Positions 1-11,684 of a stretch of 64,000 nucleotides of DNA are shown here, one piece after another. The stretch comes from Callorhinchus milii (taxonomy: Eukaryota), in contig NW_024704743.1 of the NCBI RefSeq assembly GCF_018977255.1, positions 68,450,001 to 68,514,000 of the forward strand. Reading direction: 5' to 3'. The notes under the pieces were generated by a model. The model was not told the origin of the DNA. It worked only from the letters and a program-made list of their open reading frames with translations, and did no database searches. Within the stretch, counting starts at the first letter, position 1. Each line of letters begins with the position of its first letter. The position numbers and the translations under genes were made by a program.

Positions 1-228
1 TCCACACACCTAATAATAATCCCTCCAAAATAAAACAATAATAAATTGGTTATTTTCAATCCACAACTGCTTGTGGGACACTGATGTGCGCAATTAGCTG
101 CCACGGTTTACCCACAAATATACAGTCAATTCACTTTACAGTCTATTCTGTGAAGCGCTTTGAGATGTTGAGAAGACATGAAAAGCGCTATATCAAATGC
201 AAGGATTATTATTATTTATTATTATTAT
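1..228 (+). mobile_element. Young tRNA-derived SINE, short subfamily, 3' part (cut by window edge)
   Basis: Body gtgggacactgatgtgcgcaattagctgcc and tail gtgaagcgctttgagatg...aaagcgctatatcaaatgcaaggattattatt match other copies. Confidence 0.9.
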
Positions 229-296
229 CTTGTGTTATGTGTAATTGCTTATGACATTTATTTGTTCTCACAACCCTGCAGGGTTGAACAGTTTAC

Positions 297-374
297 CATT
301 TCTGTAGTCTATGTGCAAGCCCTTTGACATAAACTGATAGGCTGTCTCGCCTGTCATTGCTATGAAGGAGAAGC
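297..374 (-). other. Candidate 78-nt exon of unidentified host gene
   Basis: Minus strand tatttcag|GCTTCT...GAAATG|gtaaac; two open frames (FSFIAMTGETAYQFMSKGLHIDYRN or LLLHSNDRRDSLSVYVKGLAHRLQK); no recognised homologue. Confidence 0.25.
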
Positions 375-779
375 CTGAAATACAGTGCCAAGTTCTGCAA
401 CTCCTTTTCACTCTAGAAATGTTAAAACTTTTCTGAGAACAGATATAAAGACACACTTTACCCATGATGCTGTCGTGCAGCTATGTTACAATGTTAATGA
501 AGTGGCTTTGGCATCTGTGAAGATTCACAATCATTTTCCGAAGGCTACTAAACTGTGTCAAATCCCTTTGTAAGATTTATGAAGACTACACTATGTATAG
601 GTTCTTGTGATACTCTGACTACCCCATTTGCTATGTCAGAAATAACAATAACATAAAATCCAGTAAGCTTTAGCAAACATTCATTACTTAAAACTCTGCA
701 ATTAAAGTTTTTCGGAAATTGTCAAAATATAAATTTAACGATAATTTGCAGATCACTCAAAGGCTCAAGAAAATGAACT

Positions 780-1225
780 GTCACAGTGAAGAAGGGTCCT
801 CCCAGACCCTCGGCAAACAATCCCACAGATAAAACTGGTCATTCGCAGGGCTGCAGATTTGTCATGGCAATTTTTAATCAAAAATCACGGAGCAGTCACA
901 GTAAATTTAATAAAACTCAAGCGTCGCACTTCCCTATTGGCCATCTCTCCCTGTCAAACATCACCCCTCTTTTTTCAATGAACTTTATATAAAATCACAG
1001 ACACAAGTAAAAGTCATGGACATGCAGAAAAATCATGGTATTTTCCAACATGACAAACCTTCAGCCCTTATCATTCACTTCAGAGCTCTTTGAGAGACAT
1101 CATTGCTATGTGCAATTGGCTGCCTCACTTCCCCATAATATATAGTGGATCCTGTGAAGCAATTTGAAACATGTTTCTGACGTGAAAGGCGCAACATCAA
1201 ATGCAAGAAATATCATTATTATTTT
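780..1225 (+). mobile_element. Old DeuSINE (SacSINE1/AmnSINE1-like) 3' half, split by a MITE
   Basis: caatcccacagataaaactggtcattc | tcattcactt...gtgcaattggctgcc...gtgaaaggcgcaacatcaaatgcaag. Confidence 0.75.
846..1069. mobile_element. hAT-type MITE, 224 bp
   Basis: TIRs agggctgcagatttgtcatg / catgacaaaccttcagccct (18/20 complementary); 8-bp TSD gtcattcg / atcattca; subterminal aaatcacgg-like repeats. Confidence 0.85.
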
Positions 1226-1921
1226 AAATGAAATGCAAAACAACTGCTGGTGGAACTACCATTAATAATTATCATAATAATCCTTGCATTTGATATAGTG
1301 CCTTATTATGTCATCCAGATGTCTCAAAGCCCTTCACAGGATAAATTGTAAAATGGATTAACTGTGTATTTTATGGGCAAAATTAAATGTTAGGTCATGG
1401 TGCACAAGAACAGAAAGCATGAACTGAGATAACACCATTCAGTCTATGAAAATTATTTCTTACACAAACCATGAGCAACTTACATGTGTTGGATTTTAGC
1501 AAGAGGAAGCATTTATCTGCATGAAACCTAAACTGTACCTCAGCTGGACTTACCTGCTTCAAACACTGTTCACCAAATGGAAAAGTGTTACATTTGTCAA
1601 CATTCACTCACCTTGATGAACACAAAATCTCACCACTATATAACAATATGGCTTCATATGTTTTATTTCAGATATCCTAATGGTACGTTTGGGATAAAAG
1701 GGATTCAGATCATTGTGCGGTAACTACACAGTACATCAAGTTAACTCTGTTTGATGTTGGCCCTTTTGCCTCGATGTTTAAATTTTGCTGGTTCAATGAC
1801 ATGACCTCATAATTTAGACTAACACTGCAGTGCAGTAGAAGGAGAGTCTGCCTGTTCAGATAGACAATAAAGATTCCATGACAATATTTGAAAAGCAGAG
1901 GGAGTTTCTCCTCTTAATTTG

Positions 1922-2066
1922 GATGACTTTTCCCTTCCTAACCCAGAAGTGCTCAGGCTAATTATATAACCTCTGCCCTGGCTGAGATCAGCTAACTCAG
2001 TACATACTGGGATTCGAACATGCAGCCTTCCAGTCTGTTTGGCCTAGTGCCTTTATCCACTAGGAT
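1922..2066 (-). mobile_element. AmnSINE2-like SINE 5' fragment
   Basis: Reverse complement has B-box gttcgaatccc then tgagttagctgatctcagccagggc...ctgggttaggaaggg, matching my recollection of AmnSINE2. Confidence 0.6.
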
Positions 2067-2280
2067 ATAGAGTGGGAATTCTCTTTACTAATCCAATAAA
2101 GGGATCAGTAAAGACAAACAAGTGGGCTATCTTCTAACTGCCGTTTAATAGTAAATCCCACTGGAGTGGATAAAATAATTTCTCTCCATTTCTCCAACTT
2201 CCACCCAAACAATGTACAATGTACCTCTATTGAGGAGGGCTGAATCCTTAAAAAATGAGGTGCAGCATTTGAAAGGGAGT

Positions 2281-2345
2281 AACAACAACAAGATTACATT
2301 TGAATAGCGCCTTTCACGTCGGGAGGATGTTCCAAGGCTCTGGAG
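2281..2345 (-). mobile_element. Tail-only L2 insertion
   Basis: aacaacaacaagattacatttgaatagcgcctttcacgtcgggaggatg is the reverse complement of the L2 3' terminus seen in long copies. Confidence 0.8.
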
Positions 2346-2814
2346 TAGGGTAAATACTTGAGGAAAAATAATATTTTAAGGTTTTGGGGAATGGGATTAC
2401 AATGGATATCTCCAATTGGGGGAGCTAACACCAGCGTAAACATGGGAGGTTCTGTGCTGCAACATTCCTGTTTCTACACTTTTAAATCCATCAAGACTTC
2501 GCTTTTTGCCAGCAGAAAAACTCCCAAGTAGGTTAAAACATTAAAATATTAAGAAATATAATATATCACAGTACCAAAGACATTCAACTGAAAAATTGAA
2601 ATGCTCAGCAGTATTCCTTTGGCAATTTCCCACTCCCACCACAACGTTCATCATGGTAAACAGTGAAATCTAATAGAAGTGGGTGGTCTATAAGCCAGCT
2701 ACAGTTATTTGTCAAATGGTCTGGCAAATATAACTTGCATCAAAATATAATATTGTAGAGTTTATTTTTTTGGTCAACTGGGTGTCTGACACTTGCAGAA
2801 ATCCATCACAATGT

Positions 2815-3134
2815 GGAGTCCTGTAGCTCAGTGGTTAGAGCACTCGCTTAGCAAGTGAGAGACCTGAGTTCAATTCCAGGCAGGGCGAAACCTTGGGCAA
2901 GTTTCCATACTCCACACGCCTAATAATAATAATAATCTCTCCAAAACCAAAAACAATAATAAATTGGTCATTTTCAATCTACGACTGTTTGGGGGACATT
3001 GCTGTGCGCAATTGGCTGCCGCGTTCGCCCACAAATATACAGTCAATTCACTTTACAGTGTGTTCTGTGAAGCGATTTGGGACGTCCTCCCGACGTGAAA
3101 AGCGCTATATCAAATGCAAGGATTATTATTATTA
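2815..3134 (+). mobile_element. Full-length young SINE, short subfamily, L2-type tail loop
   Basis: tRNA-like head with A box tagctcagtgg and B box gagttcaattcc; Deu-type body; tail gggacgtcctcccgacgtgaaaagcgctatatcaaatgcaagg(att)n. Confidence 0.95.
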
Positions 3135-3371
3135 ATGCTTTAAGAGCCAGAAATCCCACCTGCCCAAATCTACCAGCTCCCTCCCGCCAACAGCACTCTG
3201 AGCCTCACTGTCCTTGCTGGACTTCACATTGGCCAGAGATATCGACTTTGATTAAGACTTATTTGTTATCTTCTGCTCGCTGCTGTAATTACAATGCCAG
3301 TACAAACTACAATTATACTTACCCGAAAATTCCAGCTCACCGGACTAGATGTCACGTCCCACCACTCCCTC

Positions 3372-3725
3372 ATGTAGGTATTGGTTGCAGCACTCGCCTC
3401 GCAAACGAGAGGACCTGGGTTTGATTCCCTGGTGGGGAAAAACATCAGGCAAGTTTCCTTACTCTACACGCCTCTGTTTAGCTAGCAGTAAATATAAGCC
3501 CAGTTGTCAATTGGTGGATTGCTTTTCCGGGGGTAATAAACGCCTAAAAAAAATTTGGTCACTTCAACCCATAACTGTTTGTGGGACACTGCTGTGCGCA
3601 ATTGGTTGCCGTGTTTCGCCCACAAAATATACAGTCAATTTATTTTACAGTATATGCTGTGAAGTGCTTTGAGATGTCTCAAAGACGTGATAAGGCTCTA
3701 CATCAAATGCAAAGATTATTATAAT
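3372..3725 (+). mobile_element. Young SINE, long subfamily
   Basis: Degenerate tRNA head, internal gcctctgtttagctagcagtaaat segment, same body and tail. Confidence 0.9.
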
Positions 3726-3739
3726 AATAGGAACCAAGT

Positions 3740-3935
3740 AGGAAGAAGCCCTGCTCCCATTGTGGTCACTGTCTGTTTATCCAAGTCCTGCCAATGAGCC
3801 AGGCTGGCTGGCTTGTCATCAGCAGTGCCGTGGAGTCCTGCAGACCCACTGGGCTCAGGAACAGGTGACCAAGACTACCACAAAGGATTCACTTGATTTT
3901 AACATTTCGTTACCAAGCACATCACTTGGACTCAT
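3740..3935 (-). repeat. Fragment of unnamed old repeat family X
   Basis: ccaagtcctgccaatgagcc...gtcatcagcagtgcc...gacccac shared with 4605-4845, 18200-18640, 21275-21430, 22850-23830. Confidence 0.65.
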
Positions 3936-4604
3936 TGAAAAAACAGTTTGATGTTGGAATGAAATCAAATGGGCAACTGCTGCCTTTTTCATCCGAACAT
4001 CTCTTGTGATCCTGTGAAATAGAAACTATCTCTGTGTCATATGTATATGTATTAGAGGCTAAATATAGTCGAAATTCTGAACATCTTGTTCTGCTTTGAG
4101 ACATTTCAGTGTAGCCACCCGCACTTCTGAATAAAAGGCTGTGTCATATAACATGAGGGGAAATACTTTTAAAATACCCATAAAATATTATTTTAACCAA
4201 TAAACTTCATAGTTTTTTATTTAACAGACCACATTCATGTGTAGGAAGAATTGGATACTATTTCCAACTATTCTCATAATAACAACTTATAAGAGACCAA
4301 AGCTCTCCCTTCCCACTCAAACAAGTATTCAGTTTCCAAATTTATTTCATTGCTCACGGCACCTGAGGGATTTTGTTTGAAAGGGGCATAGAATTAAAAT
4401 CAGAGCTTAAGAAAGTTAGAACTAAGCTCAAGAAGCGTTTTGCCCAGAAAGATATAATCAATTAACTTTACAATATATTCTATGAAGTGCTTTGAGACAT
4501 CTCAATGTCGTGAAAAGGCACTATATAAATGCAAGGATTATTATTTCTTCGCACAGAGGGTTGTTGAAGTTGTGGAATGTTCTGTCCCAGAAAGCTGTAG
4601 AGTG

Positions 4605-4845
4605 CTCTGCTCCTCCAAGTCCTGCTGATGACTGATTACTGTCATCGGCAGTGCCTTGGAGAACTGTGGACCCACCTAGTTCCCTAGATTATTGAGACCA
4701 CCTCAAAGAGTTGACTCAATTCCACCATTCACTTTGGACTCATTTCAGCCCTGAAGAAATTAGCTTACCTCCCCCCTGAGAAGGACAGTTACTAGTTGGT
4801 CAAATGATACCTGAGAAGCACAAGTTTGAGCCCTCCCAGGGTGGA
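4605..4845 (-). repeat. Fragment of repeat family X (5' part)
   Basis: ctgctcctccaagtcctgc...ttactagttggtcaaatgatacctgagaagcacaagtttgagccc aligns with 23600-23810 and, reversed, with 40205-40320. Confidence 0.65.
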
Positions 4846-5497
4846 TAGAGTGTACTAGAACTCCTTGTCATTGGTTGTTAATTGCATAAATAAATTCACC
4901 TCTGAACCCTATCCACAAATGCATTTGTACTAGGTTAAATTAAGATGATATTCGATTACCAGGATGCAATTCACTGGTGTATGAATCAGTAATCAGTTTA
5001 TTTCTCTTTAGATCCCCCCCCCCCCCACCCCCCAACATTAAACAATCCCTGGAGTACTTTCTCTGGATGAGAAGTCAAAAACTATTGAAATTCACCCAAC
5101 TGAGGTAAGTGAGTTTAAGAGACAGATCTGAACTCTTAACCTTCTTTAAGGAGGCCCACACAGTATTTCTGAGTTAATATTAAAGTGAGTGTTACTATTT
5201 TTAGTGTAGGAAGCTTTTAGTTGGTGGAACACTGGAAAATGAAAATCCAGAACTTCAAACCTATGAACACATTGTGCATGTTTCTTCATGTAGGTAAATT
5301 GAAATGGATATTTGACGCTTGAGAAAGAGTTAAGAGAATTTCATTCAGAAGATGATGCTAACACACATTGTCAGCTGCAACTGACTTCAGAAGAACATCT
5401 GCTGAGATGAGTTAACTACAGTTTAATTATGACAGTCAGTTTCAACAGCAATTTCCTTTTTTTAGTTGATACAGCTATAAACACTTATCATTCTGTA

Positions 5498-6100
5498 GGT
5501 GAGCCAGGCTCAGTTGGTAGCTGTCTCACCTTTGAGTCAAAAGATCATTATTTCAAGCTCTATGTCATGAATTTGAGCTCATAATCTAGGCCAGGGTTCT
5601 CCAACCTTTTGGCTGCCGAGGGCTGGATGCTCTATTTGAGAAAGGTCCGAGGGCTACATAAGCAATATTTTTGAGTTTGCCTTCCGGAAACATAACATAA
5701 CATTTACGGGTTATGGAGGGAGCGGGTGGGCCAGATGTAATGGAGGGGTGAGGTGAGGGAGTGCGGATTAAATCGGCTTGTGGGCCGCCAGTTGGACCAC
5801 CCTGGGCTAGGCAGACAGAGAGGCGCATTGTTCAGATAGCACTGCTTGTTGGAGGTGACAACCTTTGTATGTACCTCTAACATGTTGGGATGTCCTCCCA
5901 ACGGGAAAGGCGCTATACAAATGTAATTTGTATTATATTGTATGAGATGTTAAATTGAAGTCCCTTCTGCCTGTTCAGTGGGCGTCAAAGGTCCTATGGA
6001 ATTATTTGAAAAAAATAGGATCACATGGTATCCTGGCCAACAATTCCCCAGATAAAATTAGTCATTCACCTCTTGGCTGTTGTGGGACATTGCTGGGTTG
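5498..6100 (+). mobile_element. Old DeuSINE (SacSINE1-like) carrying a nested MITE and a nested L2 tail
   Basis: Head gagccaggctcagttggtagc...gagtcaaaag; body ggaggtg...atgagatgttaaa...cctgttcagtgggcgtcaaag...tcctggccaacaatt. Confidence 0.85.
5592..5804. mobile_element. hAT (Charlie-like) MITE, 213 bp
   Basis: Termini cagggttctccaac / gttggaccaccctg; 8-bp TSD atctaggc / ggctaggc resembling the NTCTAGAN Charlie target. Confidence 0.85.
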
Positions 6101-6985
6101 GTGATGTGCAGAGGAGTGGGGGTCACTTTGATGGTATTTGGAACTCAAGTTCAGTATTTATACCTATCTTACTGTTTCTAATTAGAATAAGGAAATCACA
6201 CTGTAATTTATAATAGTTTCAAACTAAATTTTTTGCAATAATTGAAAATTCCAAAGTACAAGTTCAGGTTGACGGAATCTACAACAAAATTTGCAGCCAG
6301 TGAATCCAAAACCCCAAGTGGGTAAAGTCATTCTCATTGTACAATGCACAGTGTGTGATGTCAGCAGTACATGGTTACCTACAGTCGGCCATTTTTAACT
6401 AGTGAAGCTGGCTAGTTGTCACTGGAGGCTGCGTGCACTGCATTTCCTGTTAGCACTGGTCCACAGGAAATAGTGTGGAATATGTAAAAGCTTCATAATG
6501 GGGTTTTCCTGTGCTTTAGTAACATACTTATCAATCTTCTCTAAAATACCGCAGATAAGTTTACACCTATAGTTTTTGTTTAATAAGACATATTTCTTGA
6601 TTTATTTTAATCAACCAATTAGTTGTAAGTTAACCTTCCCCTTTTCTGGATCCACAAGAGATGCAAAGACGAAGTAGGTCCGTTGGCCCATTTGATCTCA
6701 TTGTTCAATAATAAATGCGACTTTCCATTAAATAACAGTGGGAATAATCTTGTATGTCTGATTATCAGTGGTTGATAACATACCACAATCACAACCACAA
6801 CAATACTGTGCACAGGATACGCAGGACACTGTGTCTTTGGTCAGTAACCAATCTATGAAGCAACCTTGTGGTTGGTATTATGACTCAGGCAAATCTGTTT
6901 TAAACCATATAATAATTTACTGCCCTGTGCAAAAATCACAGCCTTGGAGTCCTCCACTTCTCTGATAATTTGCTGTCTTGCAGGC

Positions 6986-7830
6986 CATAGGAACAGGAGG
7001 AGGCCATTCAGCCCTTTGAGCCTGTTCCACCATTTGATTAGATCATGGCTAATTTGTACCTCAACTAATCCTTTCAATTCCAATTTCCCACTTTCTCCCC
7101 ATATCCCTTAATACCATGACCTACCAAAAATCTATCAACCTCACTCAATAATAATCCCTCCAAAAAACAAAACAATAATAAATTGGTCATTTTCAATCCA
7201 CGACTGTCTGTGGGACACTGCTGTGCGCAATTGGCTGCCACGTTTTGCCCATAAATATACGGTCAATTCACTTTACAGCATATTCTGTGAAGCGCTTTGA
7301 GATGTTGAGAAGACGTGAAAAGCGCTATATCAAATGCAAGGATTATTATTATTATTATGAAGGAGAAGCATCCACAGCCTTTTGGGGGAGAGAGTTCCAG
7401 ATTTCTACCACCCTTTGAGTGAAAGAATGCTTCCTGATTTCACTCTTAAATGGCCTGGTTTTAATTTTAAGACTATGCCCCTTGTTTTGGATTCCCCCAC
7501 CAGAGGAAATAGCTTCTCTGTATCTACACTATTAAATCCCTTTATAATCTTAAATGCCACAATCAAATCACCCCTTAACCTTCTAAACTCAAGGGAATAC
7601 AATTCCAGTTTACGCAGCCTTTCCTCGTAAGACCCTTTTAGGCCTGGTAACATTCTGGTGAATCTGCGCTGTACCCTCTCCAGGACCAATATATCTTTCC
7701 TGACGTGTGGTGCCCCAAACTGAACGCAGTACTCCAGATAGGATCTGACTAACACTCTATACAGCTGAAGCATCATTTCTTCCCCTTTGTATTCCAGGCC
7801 TCTCGAGATAAGGGTCAAACATTCCATTCA
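6986..7830 (-). mobile_element. CR1 LINE 3' fragment (ORF2 C-terminus plus 3' UTR), split by a SINE
   Basis: ORF 7405-7827: LYRVLVRSYLEYCVQFGAP...LERVQRRFTRM...RRLRGDLIVAFKIIKG, typical CR1 ORF2 end; 3' UTR gaatggcctcctcctgttcctatg on minus strand. Confidence 0.92.
7147..7357 (+). mobile_element. 5'-truncated young SINE nested in CR1
   Basis: Near-identical to 1-228; CR1 sequence continues on both sides. Confidence 0.9.
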
Positions 7831-8549
7831 CCATGTTCTACTTTCTGGAATATCTACAAGATCCCATTTTTTTTGTGTTATTCCTTCCTCATTCTTCAGG
7901 TAGTTCTGTAATAGGCATTATAGCCAAGGGCATTGTGATCTCAACCTTTCTATCTAACATTCAGATCTCAATACTGAGGGGCTGCAGTCGTAGTGAGCTG
8001 TTGCCATATTTCCCATCACCTGCTGAGTTTGTGTGGTTGATACACCACATGGAACAATAGTCAAAGTCTGCATTGTTCACAGTGCTCAACATACCTAAAG
8101 ATATGTCATCAACCTTTTCAGGCCAAGTTTCAACCACTGAGATCTTACCACAAAAACAATGTATCTTTTGTATTTCAATGAAGTCAGCAAATAGACTTCT
8201 TCTTGAGTGAGTTAACGGTAAAGTAAATTACAATAGTTGAGTGTTGCATTTATAGAGGTGCATTGCAAAGTAACTATCAGAGGCCTTCAAAATCCAAGTT
8301 ATAACATTACATAGAATCTACAGCACTGAAACAGGCCATTAGGGCCATTTAGTTTGTGTTGGTGTTCACACTTCATTATCAAATGTAAATGGTGTTTCAA
8401 CCAAAAATCATTGAAATTTCATCTGAAGTTGGATTTCACTAAGAAATGTCAGTGAAACTTTGCAAAAAAAATCCTTATTTTTTGCTTTGGTTTCTTGTAG
8501 ATATTAGTATGTTCAGGTTTAAGGGTCAAATATCATGTACATATTATTT

Positions 8550-8900
8550 GTGAGTCCTGTAGCGTATTGGTTAAAGCATTCGCCTTACAAGTGAGAGGAC
8601 CCGGATTTGATTCCCGGGCAGGAAGAAACCTTTGGCAAGTTTACCTCGCAGTAAGTAGAAACCCGGTTGTTAGTCGATTGGGAGATTGCTTTCTGGAGTT
8701 AATAATCCCTTTAAAAAAATGTGGTCACTCAATCCACGATTGTTTGTAGGATGCTGATGTTTGGCTGCTGCATTTTGCCCACAAAATATACAGCAAAATT
8801 CACTTCACAGTGTATTCTGTGAAACTCTTTGAGATGTCTCAACAATGTGATAAGGTGCTATATCAAATGCAAGGATTATTATATTATTATTATATTGTTT
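8550..8900 (+). mobile_element. Young SINE, long subfamily
   Basis: gagtcctgtagcgtattggttaaagcattcgccttacaagtgag head; standard body and tail. Confidence 0.9.
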
Positions 8901-9439
8901 TCTACCACTCAATGCTGGCTGGCAGTGGAGGCTGGATTGTCAGAAGTACTATTCTTCATATGAGAAGTTATACCAAAATCCATTTTGTCTATTCACAGGG
9001 ACATTAAACATCCTTCAGCACTTTTAAAAAGAGATGTTAGTTTCTCCCAGTGTCATGGTCAACTCAGATTAATTGATCGTTCACTTCTGTAGTGGGTATG
9101 GCATATACAGTGTGGCACTTGACATTAATTGCCGGTGAAGTACTTTCAAAATATTTTAATATGATAAGCCATTTTTTAAAAAAATGTCAGTTTCTTTCCT
9201 TAAGATGTTATGAGTAATGCTACATGATTTTTGAGAGATCTCAGACAATGCTTTAAAGAATGCCTAGTTTTTCAGTATATCATTACAGAATTCTAAGAGT
9301 GAAAGTACAGTCAGATTACATGTTGAAACAAAGATACTCAGCCTCACAAGTTGATAGCTATGATCCTCCACTCTGCTGACCTGCTACTATCTACATCTGG
9401 TCAATCCGAGAAACATGCATTTAACTCTTTTCTCTGCTT

Positions 9440-10000
9440 TCTATCATTCAGCCTTCCCTCTATCCCCAACACCAATTTACCTTTATCATCATGTATCTTA
9501 ATTTTCTCAAACAGTCTCCTATGTGGCACTTTACCAAATGCCTTCTGAAAATCCATGCATATGTTAACCTAATTTCCTTCCTCTTTGCACTCTCTAACCT
9601 GTTTGAAATATTTAACTAAATTAGTCAAGGTAAGACCCCCTTGCTTATAATCTACACTGGTGCTCATAAACTAAGTCCTGTCTTTCTGAGTGTTCCATCC
9701 TGCATTCGAGCACCCTCCCCATGTGAAAGGTGTGATATAAAGGTAAATTTGTAATGTTGGGTGATCTGTATTATGGCCTCTCAAGGAATACGGACAACTA
9801 AAGTAAAGTTAATTAATCTGTAATTCCTTGGTTTATCCATTTCTCTCTTTTTAACAGGGATATAAAACCCTCCAGTCCTTTGGGAAAGTTTCCAAAGATT
9901 TTTGAAAGATTGTGGCTGTTGAATTCATTATCTCCTCTCTGATCTCCCTCCATATTCTGGGGAACATACCATCCTAGGCCTGATAGGTAATCTGATAGGT
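9440..10000 (-). mobile_element. Highly decayed CR1-type RT region
   Basis: gcactttaccaaatgccttctgaaaatccat reads MDFQKAFGKV on the minus strand (DFxKAFD-like motif); flanks frameshifted. Confidence 0.55.
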
Positions 10001-11684
10001 AATACTGTAATTTGTTTTAATGAATCCAATGTAATATTTAACTCAAGGCCTCCTTAAGAGTTTCGACCTTTTGACGTCACCCCTTGGCTCTCATATCTCC
10101 CTCTATCTAAAATACAGAAATAATATGACAATTGTTCTTATGGTCCTAAATTCTTTAATAACAGAGTAGCTCTGTGGCTAAGGCAATCCAAAACCACACA
10201 CCCACGTAAACATGCCCCAATTATTTTCAGTTACTCATTTATACTCAGACAAAATCTGCATCTGAGAATTTGGACTCATCACCATGTGTTTCGTGAGATC
10301 TCTCCATTTGTAACGCAGAGCAATTTCATGAACAGGAGGTGACCAGAACATTGTAGTTGTAAAACTCTCAGCTGCCAATCCTCCCACCTTCCTGCATTTT
10401 TCAAATATCTACTTTAACTCTTTCCATATTAAAAACGCTAAATAAAAAATAGAAACACTACATATAGAGACATTTGCAAAAAATTTCCAAAGCACCATGA
10501 GACAAATGGGTTTACCTCCATATGATCTGCTGTGATACTTAATAGTTAAACAATTAAATAAGCACTGTATTTTGGCCATTTGGTAATAATGAAATCCACT
10601 AAGAACCTGGATTTTGTCTGTTCTGGTTGGGCTATATTTCTGATATTTATAACTGTGAACAGAAGCCAAACTGCCCATTTTGTCCCCACCAGCTTGGCTC
10701 CAGTTTGACTATAAACAAAGTTTGAGCAGTTAAATTCAGATCTCAATACCAAACTTGCCAAACGTCTGCTGAAAAGTAATTGAAATGCAATGTGCTCCAA
10801 GTGCTTAGTTAAAAAAACTAGTAAAAAGCAAACTGTCCTGATCAGCAAAATTATATTTTTCCCAATCAGCGTGGGAAGAACTCCTTTCATTTGTAGCTTT
10901 CAAAGATAAGTTTAGATTTACTTTACTGTAAATGCATTTTGCATGTTAATTATCCCTTTTTACAACAACAACAACTTGCATTTATATAGTGCTGTTTATG
11001 TGGGGCAGCATCTCAGAGTGTTTAACAATGGCGGAACTTGACGCTGCTTTTACACATAGATCTGAGACTTGTGTCTCACTGCCATCAAACAACTGTTAAA
11101 TAATCAGGCTTTTTACTTGCCTTTCAAACATTGATAGAAAAGATTGATAACGGTGTGTGATACACTGTAATTTCTAACTGGATTATAGAATAAGACTTTT
11201 TTTTACTTTGGGCCAGTCTGGTGGATGTGTCTTTTCCAGACATATTAATTCTTATGTTAATAAAAAGCACCTGCTGTCTTCACAAAAGTAGGTGAAGTGG
11301 ATGCTTAGTTTAAAGATAAAGGTCACTTAAAGGGTATAAGATATACAAACTTTAATGAGATGTGCACTTCAGTGATACACACAGAAACAGAGTGAACTAC
11401 AGTAAGAAGTCTGATATAACCCTTCTCCCTATTCTCATCACTCATCATGTTATGCTTTCATTAGTAAATGGATTTACACTATTAGTCCAGCCTGAGAATA
11501 ATCCAATTTTGAGCAGACGTCTATTCCACTCACCAATGCATACATTTCCTTCCTTTGAACACTTAAATAACCATACTGTTTATGGATGTCCATTTGAAAC
11601 AAACCAAATGGTTTTGGTTTTCTCTTAAGTATTTAAACATGGACAGCAAAACATATGGACAATGAAATACATCAACAATGAAGT

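Noticed and set aside
2815..2890. tRNA-Ala/Val genes at SINE heads
   Set aside because: Each is fused to the same SINE body and tail, anticodons vary and the stems are imperfect; these are SINE heads
3077..3424. Recurring peptides such as [12 protein letters not shown] / [11 protein letters not shown] in many ORFs suggesting a gene family
   Set aside because: They are translations of the repeated SINE tail
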